From an uncultured candidatus Brocadiaceae bacterium (GTDB taxonomy: Bacteria; Planctomycetota; Brocadiia; SM23-32): a stretch of DNA of 64,000 bases. Made by a program: the position numbers and the translations under genes. The stretch is taken from contig CAZFSS010000001.1 of assembly GCA_964521715.1 (NCBI GenBank), positions 26,802-90,801 of the forward strand, written 5' to 3'. Below the pieces are notes generated by a model. That model did not search any database and was not told the DNA's origin. It saw nothing but the letters and a program-made list of their open reading frames with translations. Shown one piece after another: positions 9,460 through 18,289 of this stretch; positions within the stretch are counted from its first letter, which is position 1, and every line of letters begins with the position of its first letter.

Positions 9460-10656
9460 ATGGCAGCGATCCAAGTCAGCCCGAACGGGCGTTACTTCGT
9501 GGACGATCAGGGGGAGCCTTTCTTCTGGCTGGGCGATACCCAGTGGGAGTTGTTCCGTGCCTTCACGCCCGAAGACGCCAGGACCGTGCTGGAACGCAGG
9601 AGGCAGCAGGGGTTCACGGCCATACAGATCATGATCACCGGCGTAGGCGAGGGGAAGCTGCCGAACGTGGCAGGCGAGCGGCCGTGGCTCGGGGACGATC
9701 CGTCCTCCCCCAACGAGGCCTATTTCCGCAACGTCGACCGCGTGGTCGAAGCGGCATGTGAGCTGGGCCTGATCCTGGTCCCGGGCGTGTTCCACCAGTT
9801 GCAGCGTGCCTCGATAACCACAGCCAACGCCAGGCGGTACGCCGGATGGGTGGCAGAGCGCTACGCTGAAGTGCCCAACATCGTGTGGACGATGTACCCT
9901 GCGGCCCAGGACGAGTTCATCCCCGTCCTTCGCGAGCTGGCGGCGGGCCTGCAGGAAGGGGATGGCGGCACTCATCCCATCACCGTGCATCCCGATCCCT
10001 CGCCTGCGTCCTCGAGCTTCATCCACGATGAGGAGTGGCTGGACTTCAACATGATCCAGCCGTGGCAGCGGCCCGACCTGGTCTACAGCATGGTGAGGGC
10101 GGACTACGCGCGCACGCCGGTCAAGCCCGTCGTCATGGCGGAAGCATCTTACGAAGGCGTCCGCCACGGAAGGGTTAACACCCCTCTGCTGATCCGCCAG
10201 CAGGCGTATTGGTCCTATCTGGCGGGGGGCCACCACACCTACGGCAACGGGGGCAACTGCGACTCGCCCGGCACCTGGCGGTCCTGGATCGACTCCCCGG
10301 GAGCGCGCCACGTCGGCGTTTGCCGGCAGGTGCTGATGGGATTGAGCGAGTGGTGGGGCCTCATCCCGGATCAGTCGGTCTTCGCCGCCGGAGAAGGCAG
10401 CGGGGCGACGGTCAACATGGCGGCGCGTTCTCCGACAGGCGAGTGGGCGCTCGTCTACCTGAGCAGCAGCACGACGGTGTCGGTCCGGCTGGAGCGGGTC
10501 GCTGCCGGAGCCCCGATCGCCGCGTCGTGGATCGACCCCACGACCGGCGCAAGGACGGGAATCGGCGGCGTCCCGAGCACGGGGGTCGCGCCCTTCTCGA
10601 CTCCGAGCGGATGGGAGGACGCCCTGCTGTTATTTGAGCGACTGCCTGGCGGTTGA
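9460..10656 (+). CDS. DUF4038 domain protein (GH140-like glycoside hydrolase family)
   Basis: Motif GEPFFWLGDTQWELF near the N-terminus is the DUF4038 hallmark; TIM-barrel-like hydrolase; ATG at 9460 with gagggccac upstream (the track ORF starts at 9415). Confidence 0.8.
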   Translation: MAAIQVSPNGRYFVDDQGEPFFWLGDTQWELFRAFTPEDARTVLERRRQQGFTAIQIMITGVGEGKLPNVAGERPWLGDDPSSPNEAYFRNVDRVVEAACELGLILVPGVFHQLQRASITTANARRYAGWVAERYAEVPNIVWTMYPAAQDEFIPVLRELAAGLQEGDGGTHPITVHPDPSPASSSFIHDEEWLDFNMIQPWQRPDLVYSMVRADYARTPVKPVVMAEASYEGVRHGRVNTPLLIRQQAYWSYLAGGHHTYGNGGNCDSPGTWRSWIDSPGARHVGVCRQVLMGLSEWWGLIPDQSVFAAGEGSGATVNMAARSPTGEWALVYLSSSTTVSVRLERVAAGAPIAASWIDPTTGARTGIGGVPSTGVAPFSTPSGWEDALLLFERLPGG

Positions 10657-12054
10657 GCCGGAGACGGTCGGCAGCCTCTTCGCCGCGTCGTCGAGGACCA
10701 GCACCCAGTCGTCCTGCTCGCCGCAGGAAGGCGGGGTGAACTCCTGCACGCCCGTGTTCGCGTACTCGCCGATGCGGTCCCAGCCGCCCGTGCGCGGATC
10801 GTACCAGTGAGCGACGACCCGGCCGCCGGAGATCCTGTCCAGGCGGGCGCTGAACGGGTTCCCGAACGGAGAGTACGCAAGGGCGAAGCTGCCATCCTCG
10901 GCACGGGCGGACTGGACGTGATCCTCCAGGGGCCCCTGGATTGACGCGACGATGCCCTGATCCGGAACCATGCGGTGCCAGGGCCGCAACTCCAGGAGCC
11001 TGCGCATGTAGCCGATGCCGAAGGCGCCCGCGCAGTCCATGGCCTCGCGCCAGTTCATGCTGGGCGACAGATCCCCCTGGAGGTACGAGTAGTCAACGGA
11101 TGAGAGCCGGGGATTATCGGCCTCGTAGAATTGCCACATCTCCCACGCGCCGTACCCGTTGCCGGCGGCGCCGGCCAGCATGTTCCAGTAGGCCGCTTCC
11201 CGGACCTGGTGTGCGTCTATGCGCTTCTTGCCCGCCGTCCAGGAGAAGATGGGCGGATGGTTCTCATAGCGGGTCTCCATGTCCAGCGTGGGCTTGGCGG
11301 GCGTGAGGTTGTAGTCGTGCGTGATGAACTCGTAGTTGAGGGTGCCCCACGCGTGGCTGGACTGGATCGCGTTGAAGTCGAGCCAGTCGGCCTCGTGGAA
11401 CCAGAACGAAGAGGAATACCCGACCACGCCCGGCGCGGGGCCGGGCCCGTGGTAGGAGACAAGGTGGGCGCCCGCGCTTCCCTCCTTGAGGCCCCCGGCA
11501 ATGGCGGCCCACACCGCCTCGTATCCGGCGGGCGACCGGTCGCCGCCAAGGAACCAGACGACGGCGTTCTGCCTGTAGCGACTGCCCAGGAACCTGCCGA
11601 AGGCGGATGCGTTGGACTCGGTCAGGACCTGCTCGTCGAGGCCGCCCTTGCGCACATGCTCGCCGGAGTTGGTCACGATGCCCATCACCAGGCCGAGCTC
11701 GTTCGCGCGGCTGACGATGTAGTCCACGTTCTCGAAGAACGCCTCGTTCGGCCGGGCGGGGTCGCCGTCCACGAGCGTAAGGTCGCCGTAAAGGTTCGGC
11801 GCCTTCAGGCCGCGCAGCATGTAGGCCTGGATGACCGTAAAGCCCTTGGCCGCGCGGTTCGTCAGGTACGCGTCCACTTCCTCATGGTTCAGGCGCTTGA
11901 ACAACTGCCAGCCGGTATCGGCGAGATAGAGGAACGGCCTGCCACTGTCGGTGACGAAGTGCCGGCCGTTGGAGCTGACTCTCAGCCGCATGCCTTTGAC
12001 CGAACCGGACGCCGGGAAGAGGGGACTCCCAGGCTTCTCCAAGGGCGTTGACAT
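10630..12054 (-). CDS. DUF4038 domain protein (GH140-like), paralog of 9460..10656
   Basis: Motif GRPFLYLADTGWQLF; strong RBS (caggaggaaccgtcATG); 3' end overlaps the convergent paralog by 27 bp. Confidence 0.8.
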   Translation of the reverse strand: MSTPLEKPGSPLFPASGSVKGMRLRVSSNGRHFVTDSGRPFLYLADTGWQLFKRLNHEEVDAYLTNRAAKGFTVIQAYMLRGLKAPNLYGDLTLVDGDPARPNEAFFENVDYIVSRANELGLVMGIVTNSGEHVRKGGLDEQVLTESNASAFGRFLGSRYRQNAVVWFLGGDRSPAGYEAVWAAIAGGLKEGSAGAHLVSYHGPGPAPGVVGYSSSFWFHEADWLDFNAIQSSHAWGTLNYEFITHDYNLTPAKPTLDMETRYENHPPIFSWTAGKKRIDAHQVREAAYWNMLAGAAGNGYGAWEMWQFYEADNPRLSSVDYSYLQGDLSPSMNWREAMDCAGAFGIGYMRRLLELRPWHRMVPDQGIVASIQGPLEDHVQSARAEDGSFALAYSPFGNPFSARLDRISGGRVVAHWYDPRTGGWDRIGEYANTGVQEFTPPSCGEQDDWVLVLDDAAKRLPTVSGSTARQSLK

Positions 12055-12099
12055 GACGGTTCCTCCTGATGTGATCTGCGCTCTCCAGAGCAGGCGGGC

Positions 12100-13050
12100 T
12101 CAAACGGCCCACTTCGGATCAGGCCGAAGGCGGGCCAGCTCGCCGGCCAGACCCTCGCAGGCCCGCACGTAGTGCGCGTCGCCAAAGACCCGCACGTGCA
12201 GCAGCATCGTATTGAGCCAGTAGACGCGGCAGCGCACGTCGAACCCGTCGCGAAGGGCGTGGCAGCGGGCGTACTCGCGGAAGAAGGGCGCCCCCGCCGT
12301 GTTGAACACCAGCAGGTAGGCCAGCTCGTACTCGACGTCGCAGCAGTCGGCGCCGCCGTCCACGAAGCCGCTGATCCGCGCCCCGCCCGGGCCCGCCGGC
12401 TCGACGATGATGTTCGTTGCCCAGAGGTCGCCGTGGACGAGCGTCGGCTCGCCGGACTCGGGCAGCCATTGGTCCAGGTGCTCCAGCACGTCCGTTATGG
12501 CGGTCCGGGCTTGGGCGGTGAGGCGCCCCGCCACCGAGTCGAACTCCCTGCGGATCCGCGGGCCGAAACGGTCGAGCCATCGCGGTGTGCCCCGGTCCTC
12601 CGGCTCCAGGGCGCTGCCGTAGGTGGCGCGGCGGTGCTCGTGCAAGTCCGCCAGTATGCCGGCCATCTCGCGCTCGACCGCCGCCCGCTCGCCGGCCGCG
12701 AGCCGGGCGTGCCCCAGGTTGGTGCCGGGCAGGCGCTCCATCAGCAGGCAACTGCCGCGAAAGATACGCCCGGACGTGTCAGCGCCGTACGGCTCAGGCA
12801 CAGGGAAGCCGGTGTTGGCCCGATACCACCGCAGCACGCGGCATTCCCACTCGAAGCCGGCGTGTCCCGGCTCGGAAGAGAGCTTCGCGACGATCTTGCG
12901 CGGCTCTCCGTCGGTGGTCAGCTCCAGCACGCTGTTGACCATCCCGCCGTGGAGCCGGTCTATGGCCGTCACGGTGAGGGGGCGGCCGACGAGGGCGCGG
13001 ACAAGCTCCGTGGCGGACTCCCGGGATATCGTGGTGGTGTCGAAGACCAT
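12100..13050 (-). CDS. fructosamine/ketosamine-3-kinase family protein (aminoglycoside phosphotransferase fold)
   Basis: Motifs LHGGMVNSV, PTLVHGDLWATNIIV and FVDGGADCCD typical of the fructosamine kinase / APH family. Confidence 0.8.
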   Translation of the reverse strand: MVFDTTTISRESATELVRALVGRPLTVTAIDRLHGGMVNSVLELTTDGEPRKIVAKLSSEPGHAGFEWECRVLRWYRANTGFPVPEPYGADTSGRIFRGSCLLMERLPGTNLGHARLAAGERAAVEREMAGILADLHEHRRATYGSALEPEDRGTPRWLDRFGPRIRREFDSVAGRLTAQARTAITDVLEHLDQWLPESGEPTLVHGDLWATNIIVEPAGPGGARISGFVDGGADCCDVEYELAYLLVFNTAGAPFFREYARCHALRDGFDVRCRVYWLNTMLLHVRVFGDAHYVRACEGLAGELARLRPDPKWAV

Positions 13051-13193
13051 GCTGCCGTTCCGGTCGGCGCTGTCAGAGCCAGTGGCGGGCCGGAGTCTAC
13101 ACGGCCTGGGGCGCAGTGCGCAAGTCGAGGCCCCGGAAGAGCGTCCACGTGGTGCACAATGTTTCCCATAAAGCCCGCATGTCGGCCCCGAAT

Positions 13194-13222
13194 TTGACTG
13201 CTGCTTACCTTTTCCATATAAT
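13194..13222 (+). promoter_or_regulatory. sigma-70 type promoter (TTGACT-17-TATAAT)
   Basis: Consensus -35 TTGACT and perfect -10 TATAAT with 17-nt spacer, about 70 nt upstream of the 13293 start; coordinates read from the sequence, +/-2. Confidence 0.55.
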
Positions 13223-13292
13223 GCGTAGCTCGCGTGGGTAAGCTCTTTGAGTTCCCAATCGCAATCTGGAGGCGCGGCGAGGGTAACGGGAG

Positions 13293-13823
13293 ATGGCGGC
13301 GCGGAACAGGGGCTCGCGTAAGGCAGACGCCGGCGCGGGGTCCCGCCCCCAGGGGGACGGCGGCACCGAAGTGCGGGACATCGGGTGGGGTCTGACGGCT
13401 GAGGAAGAGGAGGACTTCTTCCTGCGTAGGGTTCTCTTCTCTGTTCTCGTCGTCGTGGTGGTGTGTATAGGCTTCTGGTTCCTGGTGACCACCGTGCGGA
13501 GCGCTCCCGGGCAGACGCCGGCGCTTATCGCGCCGGCCGCCTATCTGCCGGAGCAGGGGCGCTACACGATCAGGCTGCTGACCTTCCCGGCCGCCAGGGA
13601 GGACGAGGCCAGGCGCCTGGCGGAGGCGCAGGCCGTCAGGGAGCTGGCGGGGCAGGAGGAGTTCCGTTGTCTGCCACTCGGCGACGGGCAGATGGCCCTC
13701 TGCGTCGGGAGTTTTGAGAGCGAGAGCTCGCCCGAGATGGACGAGCTGTTGCGCAGGTTCCGGAGTTTCACTGCGCAGGATAGGAAGCTGTTTGGAGACG
13801 CCGCGGTCCACCGCGTGCCGTAG
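13293..13823 (+). CDS. membrane-anchored protein with SPOR-like C-terminal domain (hypothetical)
   Basis: Charged N-terminus, one TM helix (VLFSVLVVVVVCIGFWFLV), C-terminal segment YTIRLLTFPAAREDEARRLAEAQAV...GQMALCVGSFES resembling a SPOR peptidoglycan-binding repeat. Confidence 0.5.
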   Translation: MAARNRGSRKADAGAGSRPQGDGGTEVRDIGWGLTAEEEEDFFLRRVLFSVLVVVVVCIGFWFLVTTVRSAPGQTPALIAPAAYLPEQGRYTIRLLTFPAAREDEARRLAEAQAVRELAGQEEFRCLPLGDGQMALCVGSFESESSPEMDELLRRFRSFTAQDRKLFGDAAVHRVP

Positions 13824-13874
13824 CCGTCCTCCTGGCTTTGCATCAGATCACCGCACATACAGGGAAGAAACACC

Positions 13875-14129
13875 ATGTCAATGCACAAGAGCTTGAAACG
13901 GAAGGACCACCTGACCAGGCGGCGCAACGTCCTGACCCGAGCCGAGCGCATCGAGCGGCTCAAGAAGGACGAGAAGTGGAACCCGGAGCAGGACTCCGTG
14001 TTCGGCCTGCCGAAGATCCTGCCGGAGGTGGTCGAGGCCCCCAGTGCGCGACGGCCTGCCGAGGAGAAAGCGGAAGGCGCCGCGGGAGCCAAGAGCGCCG
14101 CGCCCGAAGGCGAGCAAGCCGAGGAGTAG
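13875..14129 (+). CDS. small basic protein (PVC-superphylum type)
   Basis: 84-aa Lys/Arg-rich protein MSMHKSLKRKDHLTRRRNVLTRAERIERLKKDEKW; ATG preceded by agggaagaaacacc; resembles the conserved small basic protein of Planctomycetes/Verrucomicrobia (from memory, not verified). Confidence 0.55.
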   Translation: MSMHKSLKRKDHLTRRRNVLTRAERIERLKKDEKWNPEQDSVFGLPKILPEVVEAPSARRPAEEKAEGAAGAKSAAPEGEQAEE

Positions 14130-14175
14130 TCCGTCCCCCGACCGCCGATCCCGACCTGCTGCCAGGAGAGACCCC

Positions 14176-15282
14176 GTGGACGCTTCCGCACTTATCGCAG
14201 CGCGGATGGGCCGGATAGACTCGTCGGGCATCCGCAAGGTCTTCGATCTGGCCAAGACGCTCAAGAATCCCATCAACCTGAGCATCGGCCAGCCCGACTT
14301 CGACGTGCCCGCGCCGGTCAAGGCCAGCGCCATCCGTGCCATTGAGTCGGGCCAGAACAAGTACACCGTTACTCAGGGCATACAGGAACTGCGGGACGCG
14401 GTCCTTGAGTTCGAGCGGCGCGCGACGGGCATCCGGCATGACAGCGTCCTGATAACCAGCGGCGTCAGCGGGGCGATGCTGCTGGCGTTCATGGCGTTGA
14501 TCGACCCCGGCGACAGGGTCGCCATCCCCGATCCCTACTTCGTGATGTACAAGCACCTGTGCCGGCTGCTGGGCGGCGTGCCGCTCTACGTGGACACCTA
14601 TCCCGACTTCGGGCTTACGGCCGAGCGGCTCGACGCGGCCGGGGCCGCCGAGGCCAAGCTCCTGATGGTCAACAGCCCGTGCAACCCGACGGGCCGCGTG
14701 CTGTCCGAGGGCGAGCTGCGCGGCGTGGCGGACTGGGCGCGGCGCAACGAGGTCTTCGTCGTCAGCGATGAGATCTACCGGGCCTTCTGCTACGACGGGG
14801 AATGCCCGAGCATCGCCGGCATGACGGACGACGTGCTGCTTATGAACGGGTTCAGCAAGACGGCGGCCATGACGGGCTGGCGCCTCGGGTACGCGGTCGG
14901 GCCCGGCCCCATCATCGAGGAGATGGTGAAGCTGCAGCAGTTCAGCTTCGTGTGCGCTCCCTCGATTGCGCAGCATGCCGGCGTCGTCGCGCTGGGGCTC
15001 TCGACGGAGGACTACGTGCGCGCGTACAGGGCCAAGCGCGATCTGGTCTACCAGGGGCTGCAGGGGAAGTTCGACCTTCAGGAGCCTCAGGGGGCCTTCT
15101 ACGCCTTCGTAAGGGCGCCGGGGGGCGACGGCGACGGATTCTGCCAGAGGGCCATCGGGCGCAGCGTGCTCGTCATCCCGGGCAGCGTGTTCAGCGAGAG
15201 GGCGACGCACTTCCGGCTCTCGTTCGCCGCAGAGGACGCGGTGATCCAGGAGGGGGTCCGGGCGCTCTGCTCGCTCGTCTGA
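14176..15282 (+). CDS. pyridoxal-phosphate-dependent aminotransferase (class I/II, aspartate aminotransferase-like)
   Basis: Motifs NLSIGQPDF, NSPCNPTG, LMNGFSKTAAMTGWRLGY (Lys in SKT is the PLP lysine); GTG start at 14176 after ggagag RBS (ATG alternative at 14206). Confidence 0.85.
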   Translation: MDASALIAARMGRIDSSGIRKVFDLAKTLKNPINLSIGQPDFDVPAPVKASAIRAIESGQNKYTVTQGIQELRDAVLEFERRATGIRHDSVLITSGVSGAMLLAFMALIDPGDRVAIPDPYFVMYKHLCRLLGGVPLYVDTYPDFGLTAERLDAAGAAEAKLLMVNSPCNPTGRVLSEGELRGVADWARRNEVFVVSDEIYRAFCYDGECPSIAGMTDDVLLMNGFSKTAAMTGWRLGYAVGPGPIIEEMVKLQQFSFVCAPSIAQHAGVVALGLSTEDYVRAYRAKRDLVYQGLQGKFDLQEPQGAFYAFVRAPGGDGDGFCQRAIGRSVLVIPGSVFSERATHFRLSFAAEDAVIQEGVRALCSLV

Positions 15283-15297
15283 GGGGGCGCTGAAGGC

Positions 15298-16728
15298 CTA
15301 CCTGACGCCGTACTTATCCAGCTTGCGGTACAGCGTGGCGCGGCTGACGCCGAGCTTGCGGGCGGCCTTGCTGATATCCCCGTCGCACTTCTTGACGGCC
15401 GCCAGGATGGCGCGCTTCTCCAATTCGGCGATGGGGACCACTTCGTCGGTTTCCTCCGGTTCGGCGGGGGGGGCTTGCAGCGCCTGTTTGATGCACGCCA
15501 GGGCCTCTTCGACCGCCAGGGGGGGCGTCTTGCGCTTGGCGGCTTCCTCCCGGATGCGCTCGGGAAACAGGTCGGCGGTCACCCTGTCGCTGGTGGCCAG
15601 AAGCACGATCCGTTCGATCGTGTTGGCCAGCTCGCGCACGTTGCCCGGCCAGGGATGGCAGAGCAGCACGCGCACGGCTTCCGGTGAGAAGTCCCAGAAG
15701 TACTTGTTGTACTTCTCGCGCATCAGGATCAGGAAGTGCTGGGCCAGCACGGGGATGTCCTCGGGCCTCTCCCGGAGGGGCGGGATGAAGATGGGCACGA
15801 TGTTGAGGCGGTAGTAAAGGTCGTCGCGCAGCCGGCCCTTCTCGACCTCTGCCAGCGGGTCCTTGTTCGTGGCGGCTATGACGCGCGCGTTCACTTCGAT
15901 GTCCTCGGTGCCGCCGACGCGCGTGAAGATCTGGTTCTGCAGGAAGCGGAGCAGCTTCGACTGCAACCCCAGGTCCATCTCGCAGATCTCGTCCAGGAAC
16001 AACGTGCCCCGGTGCGCCCGCTCGCAGCAGCCGATGTGCTGGCGGTCGGCGCTGGTGAAGGCGCCCTTCTCGTGCCCGAACAGCTCGCTTTCCAGCAAGT
16101 CCTTGGGGATGGCGGCGCAGTTGACGGTCACGAACGCGCCGTCCACCCGGCTGCTCAGTTGATGGATGGCGCGGGCGACCAGTTCCTTGCCCGTGCCGCT
16201 TTCGCCCCAGACCAGGACCGTGGCGTCCGTGTTGGAGATGCTCTTGATCCGTGCGTAAATCTCGTGCATTGAGGGGCTTACGCCCACCAGGTCGCCGAGC
16301 GCGCCGCGTTCGTACACCGCAGTCAGCCGCTTGACCTGGACGACGAGGCGGTGCTTCTGCGCCGCATCGAGCAGAGCCCGGGCCAACTGGTTGTCCCCAT
16401 CGCCGACGTCCACGAAGTCCTCCGCCCCTTTCTTCATGCACTCGACGATGGTCCGCGCAGCCGGCTCTTTCCCCACGACGATCATGGGCAGGTCGGGGTA
16501 CTCCTCGCGGAAGCGTTCCAGGCAGCCGTCCTTGCCGGTGGAGCACTTCGCGTCGACCACCACGACGTCGGGCACTTCCTTGGTCATCTGGCGCAGGAGG
16601 GCCTCGCAGTCCTTGCACGATACGTTCTGGACGGAGGAGCCGTCTATCTCCGGCGGAACGAGCTTGGCCACGGCGCTGTTTCCGACCGTGTAGACGCGAA
16701 GCCCGGGCTGGATTTCCTGTTCGGCCAT
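15298..16728 (-). CDS. sigma-54-dependent transcriptional activator (NtrC/Fis family) with atypical N-terminal receiver-like domain
   Basis: AAA+ sigma-54 interaction motifs VLVWGESGTGKELVARAIH, GAFTSA, ESELFGHEKGAF, and C-terminal Fis-type HTH (ISKAARKLGVSRATLYRKL); N-terminal ~130 aa lacks the canonical receiver acidic pocket. Confidence 0.9.
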   Translation of the reverse strand: MAEQEIQPGLRVYTVGNSAVAKLVPPEIDGSSVQNVSCKDCEALLRQMTKEVPDVVVVDAKCSTGKDGCLERFREEYPDLPMIVVGKEPAARTIVECMKKGAEDFVDVGDGDNQLARALLDAAQKHRLVVQVKRLTAVYERGALGDLVGVSPSMHEIYARIKSISNTDATVLVWGESGTGKELVARAIHQLSSRVDGAFVTVNCAAIPKDLLESELFGHEKGAFTSADRQHIGCCERAHRGTLFLDEICEMDLGLQSKLLRFLQNQIFTRVGGTEDIEVNARVIAATNKDPLAEVEKGRLRDDLYYRLNIVPIFIPPLRERPEDIPVLAQHFLILMREKYNKYFWDFSPEAVRVLLCHPWPGNVRELANTIERIVLLATSDRVTADLFPERIREEAAKRKTPPLAVEEALACIKQALQAPPAEPEETDEVVPIAELEKRAILAAVKKCDGDISKAARKLGVSRATLYRKLDKYGVR

Positions 16729-16729
16729 T

Positions 16730-17110
16730 TCAGTCTGCCCCTTGCAGCGCGGCCTGAACGCGCTCCAGGGCTCGGCTGGGGCTGAAGGGCTTGGTCATGT
16801 ACTCGTCCGCGCCTGCGGCCAGGCCTTGCTCGCGATCGGCCTGCTGGCCCTTGGCGGTGAGTATGATCACGTACGTGCGGGCCAGGTCATCCCTCGACTT
16901 GATCCTGCGGCACACGTCGTAACCGTCCAGTTCGGGCATCATGATGTCCAGGAAGACGAGGTCCGGACGTTCCTGCTGGATCACGTCAAGCGCTTCGACT
17001 CCGCTGCGCGCCTCCAGGACGCCGTAGCCGGCCTTCTTCAGGACAAACCCGAGGGAACGGAGAATGTGCGGTTCGTCGTCGACGATGAGGACCTTCTTTG
17101 CGTCCGGCAT
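16730..17110 (-). CDS. response regulator receiver protein (single-domain, CheY-like)
   Basis: KKVLIVDDEPHILRSL...DLVFLDIMMPELDGYDV...ILTAKG...EYMTKPF: complete receiver signature (DD, D, T, K). Confidence 0.9.
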   Translation of the reverse strand: MPDAKKVLIVDDEPHILRSLGFVLKKAGYGVLEARSGVEALDVIQQERPDLVFLDIMMPELDGYDVCRRIKSRDDLARTYVIILTAKGQQADREQGLAAGADEYMTKPFSPSRALERVQAALQGAD

Positions 17111-17157
17111 GCCGCCCGTCCCGACCGGCCATAGAGGAGTGGCGACCCTCTGGCGCG

Positions 17158-17595
17158 TCAGCCGCCCTCTCGCTCCTTTATGGACTGGATAGCTTGTTCT
17201 TCGGTTTCGTTTACGTCGAAGACGCGAGTCAACCGGGTCAGCTCGAAGATGGAGCGACAGAAGGCGGGCACTTCGGCCAGGCGCAGTTCGCCGCCCTCTG
17301 CCGCCGCCCTCCGAAGGCAGCTCACGAGCGCTCCCAGGCCCGCGCTGTCGATGAAGTCCATCTTCTCCAGGTTCAGTATCAGGTTCTTTGCGCCGCCCTC
17401 GATCAGGCCGTGCAGTTCGGACTTGATCTCAGACGCCGACAGGGCGTCGAAACGCCCCTCAATGTCAACCACCGTGATGCCGTCATGCTGGCGGGTATCG
17501 CTGATCACTGGTGCAGATCCTCCGACTCGCCTGGTAAGGGAAGCGCAACCCGCTGCACCGTAATGATAAGGGCCGCCGCGCTGGTTGTCAATCAC
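17158..17595 (-). CDS. STAS-domain anti-sigma-factor antagonist (SpoIIAA-like)
   Basis: ITVVDIEGRFDALSASEIKSELHGLI...MDFIDSAGLGALVS matches the STAS/SpoIIAA fold; an internal GTG at 17506-17508 would give a more typical 116-aa product. Confidence 0.75.
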   Translation of the reverse strand: MIDNQRGGPYHYGAAGCASLTRRVGGSAPVISDTRQHDGITVVDIEGRFDALSASEIKSELHGLIEGGAKNLILNLEKMDFIDSAGLGALVSCLRRAAAEGGELRLAEVPAFCRSIFELTRLTRVFDVNETEEQAIQSIKEREGG

Positions 17596-18140
17596 CGTGC
17601 GGTTGGGGCGTGTCCTGCCGGTCGCACCGGCGCGCGTTCAGCAGGTCCAGATAGGCGCCCTCTACCAGGTCGTCCTTCCCGATCCCCATCGCCTGCATGA
17701 GCTTGCGCGCAACGGCGGCCCCCTCCTCCGGAGACTGGTCCTCGCGCACGACGACTTCGATCTCCACGAAGCAGCCCAGTCCCTCGACCTCGTCCAGGTG
17801 CACGCGCGTCTGGCCGACCATGTGGAGCGTCCTTTGCTTGCGGACCGCCCCGATGACGCCCAGGGCGCGGCGCAGCACTTCTTTGAGCGCTTCTGGAGCC
17901 TCCGTCCCGGCCAGCCAGTACGTGGACTGCCTGGGGCCCGGGGAGTCCGGTCGTTCGTAGAAGATGAGCTGCCCGCGGCCCTCGTCCTCCAGGCGCAGCT
18001 TCAGCCTGCCCGTCGGCACGCGGAAGAAGATGTCTTCGTGCTTCAGCAGGATGCCCGGCCCGCCGCTCAACTGCTCGGCCCGCTCGCGGACGGCCTCCAG
18101 GTCGCGGACGGACGCCTTCACCTCGACGTTTCGCGGCATG
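17588..18140 (-). CDS. CYTH-domain protein (class IV adenylate cyclase / CyaB-like)
   Basis: ATG at 18138-18140; MPRNVEVKASV...HEDIFFRVPTGRLKLRLEDEGRGQLIFYER...CFVEIEVV matches the CYTH (CyaB/thiamine triphosphatase) triphosphate tunnel fold; overlaps the STAS gene start. Confidence 0.75.
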
Positions 18141-18289
18141 CCGACGGCCTCCCTTGGTTGCTGTGCTTTATTCTTCGGCTGCGCCGTGGTAATGTCAACG
18201 GCCCGGCCGGTTGCCGACAATGGAGTAGGGGCGCTTCGCGAAGCGCTCCTGCGCCGCTCCTGGCCTGCAAGCATGGAGGCGCAGTGGAG

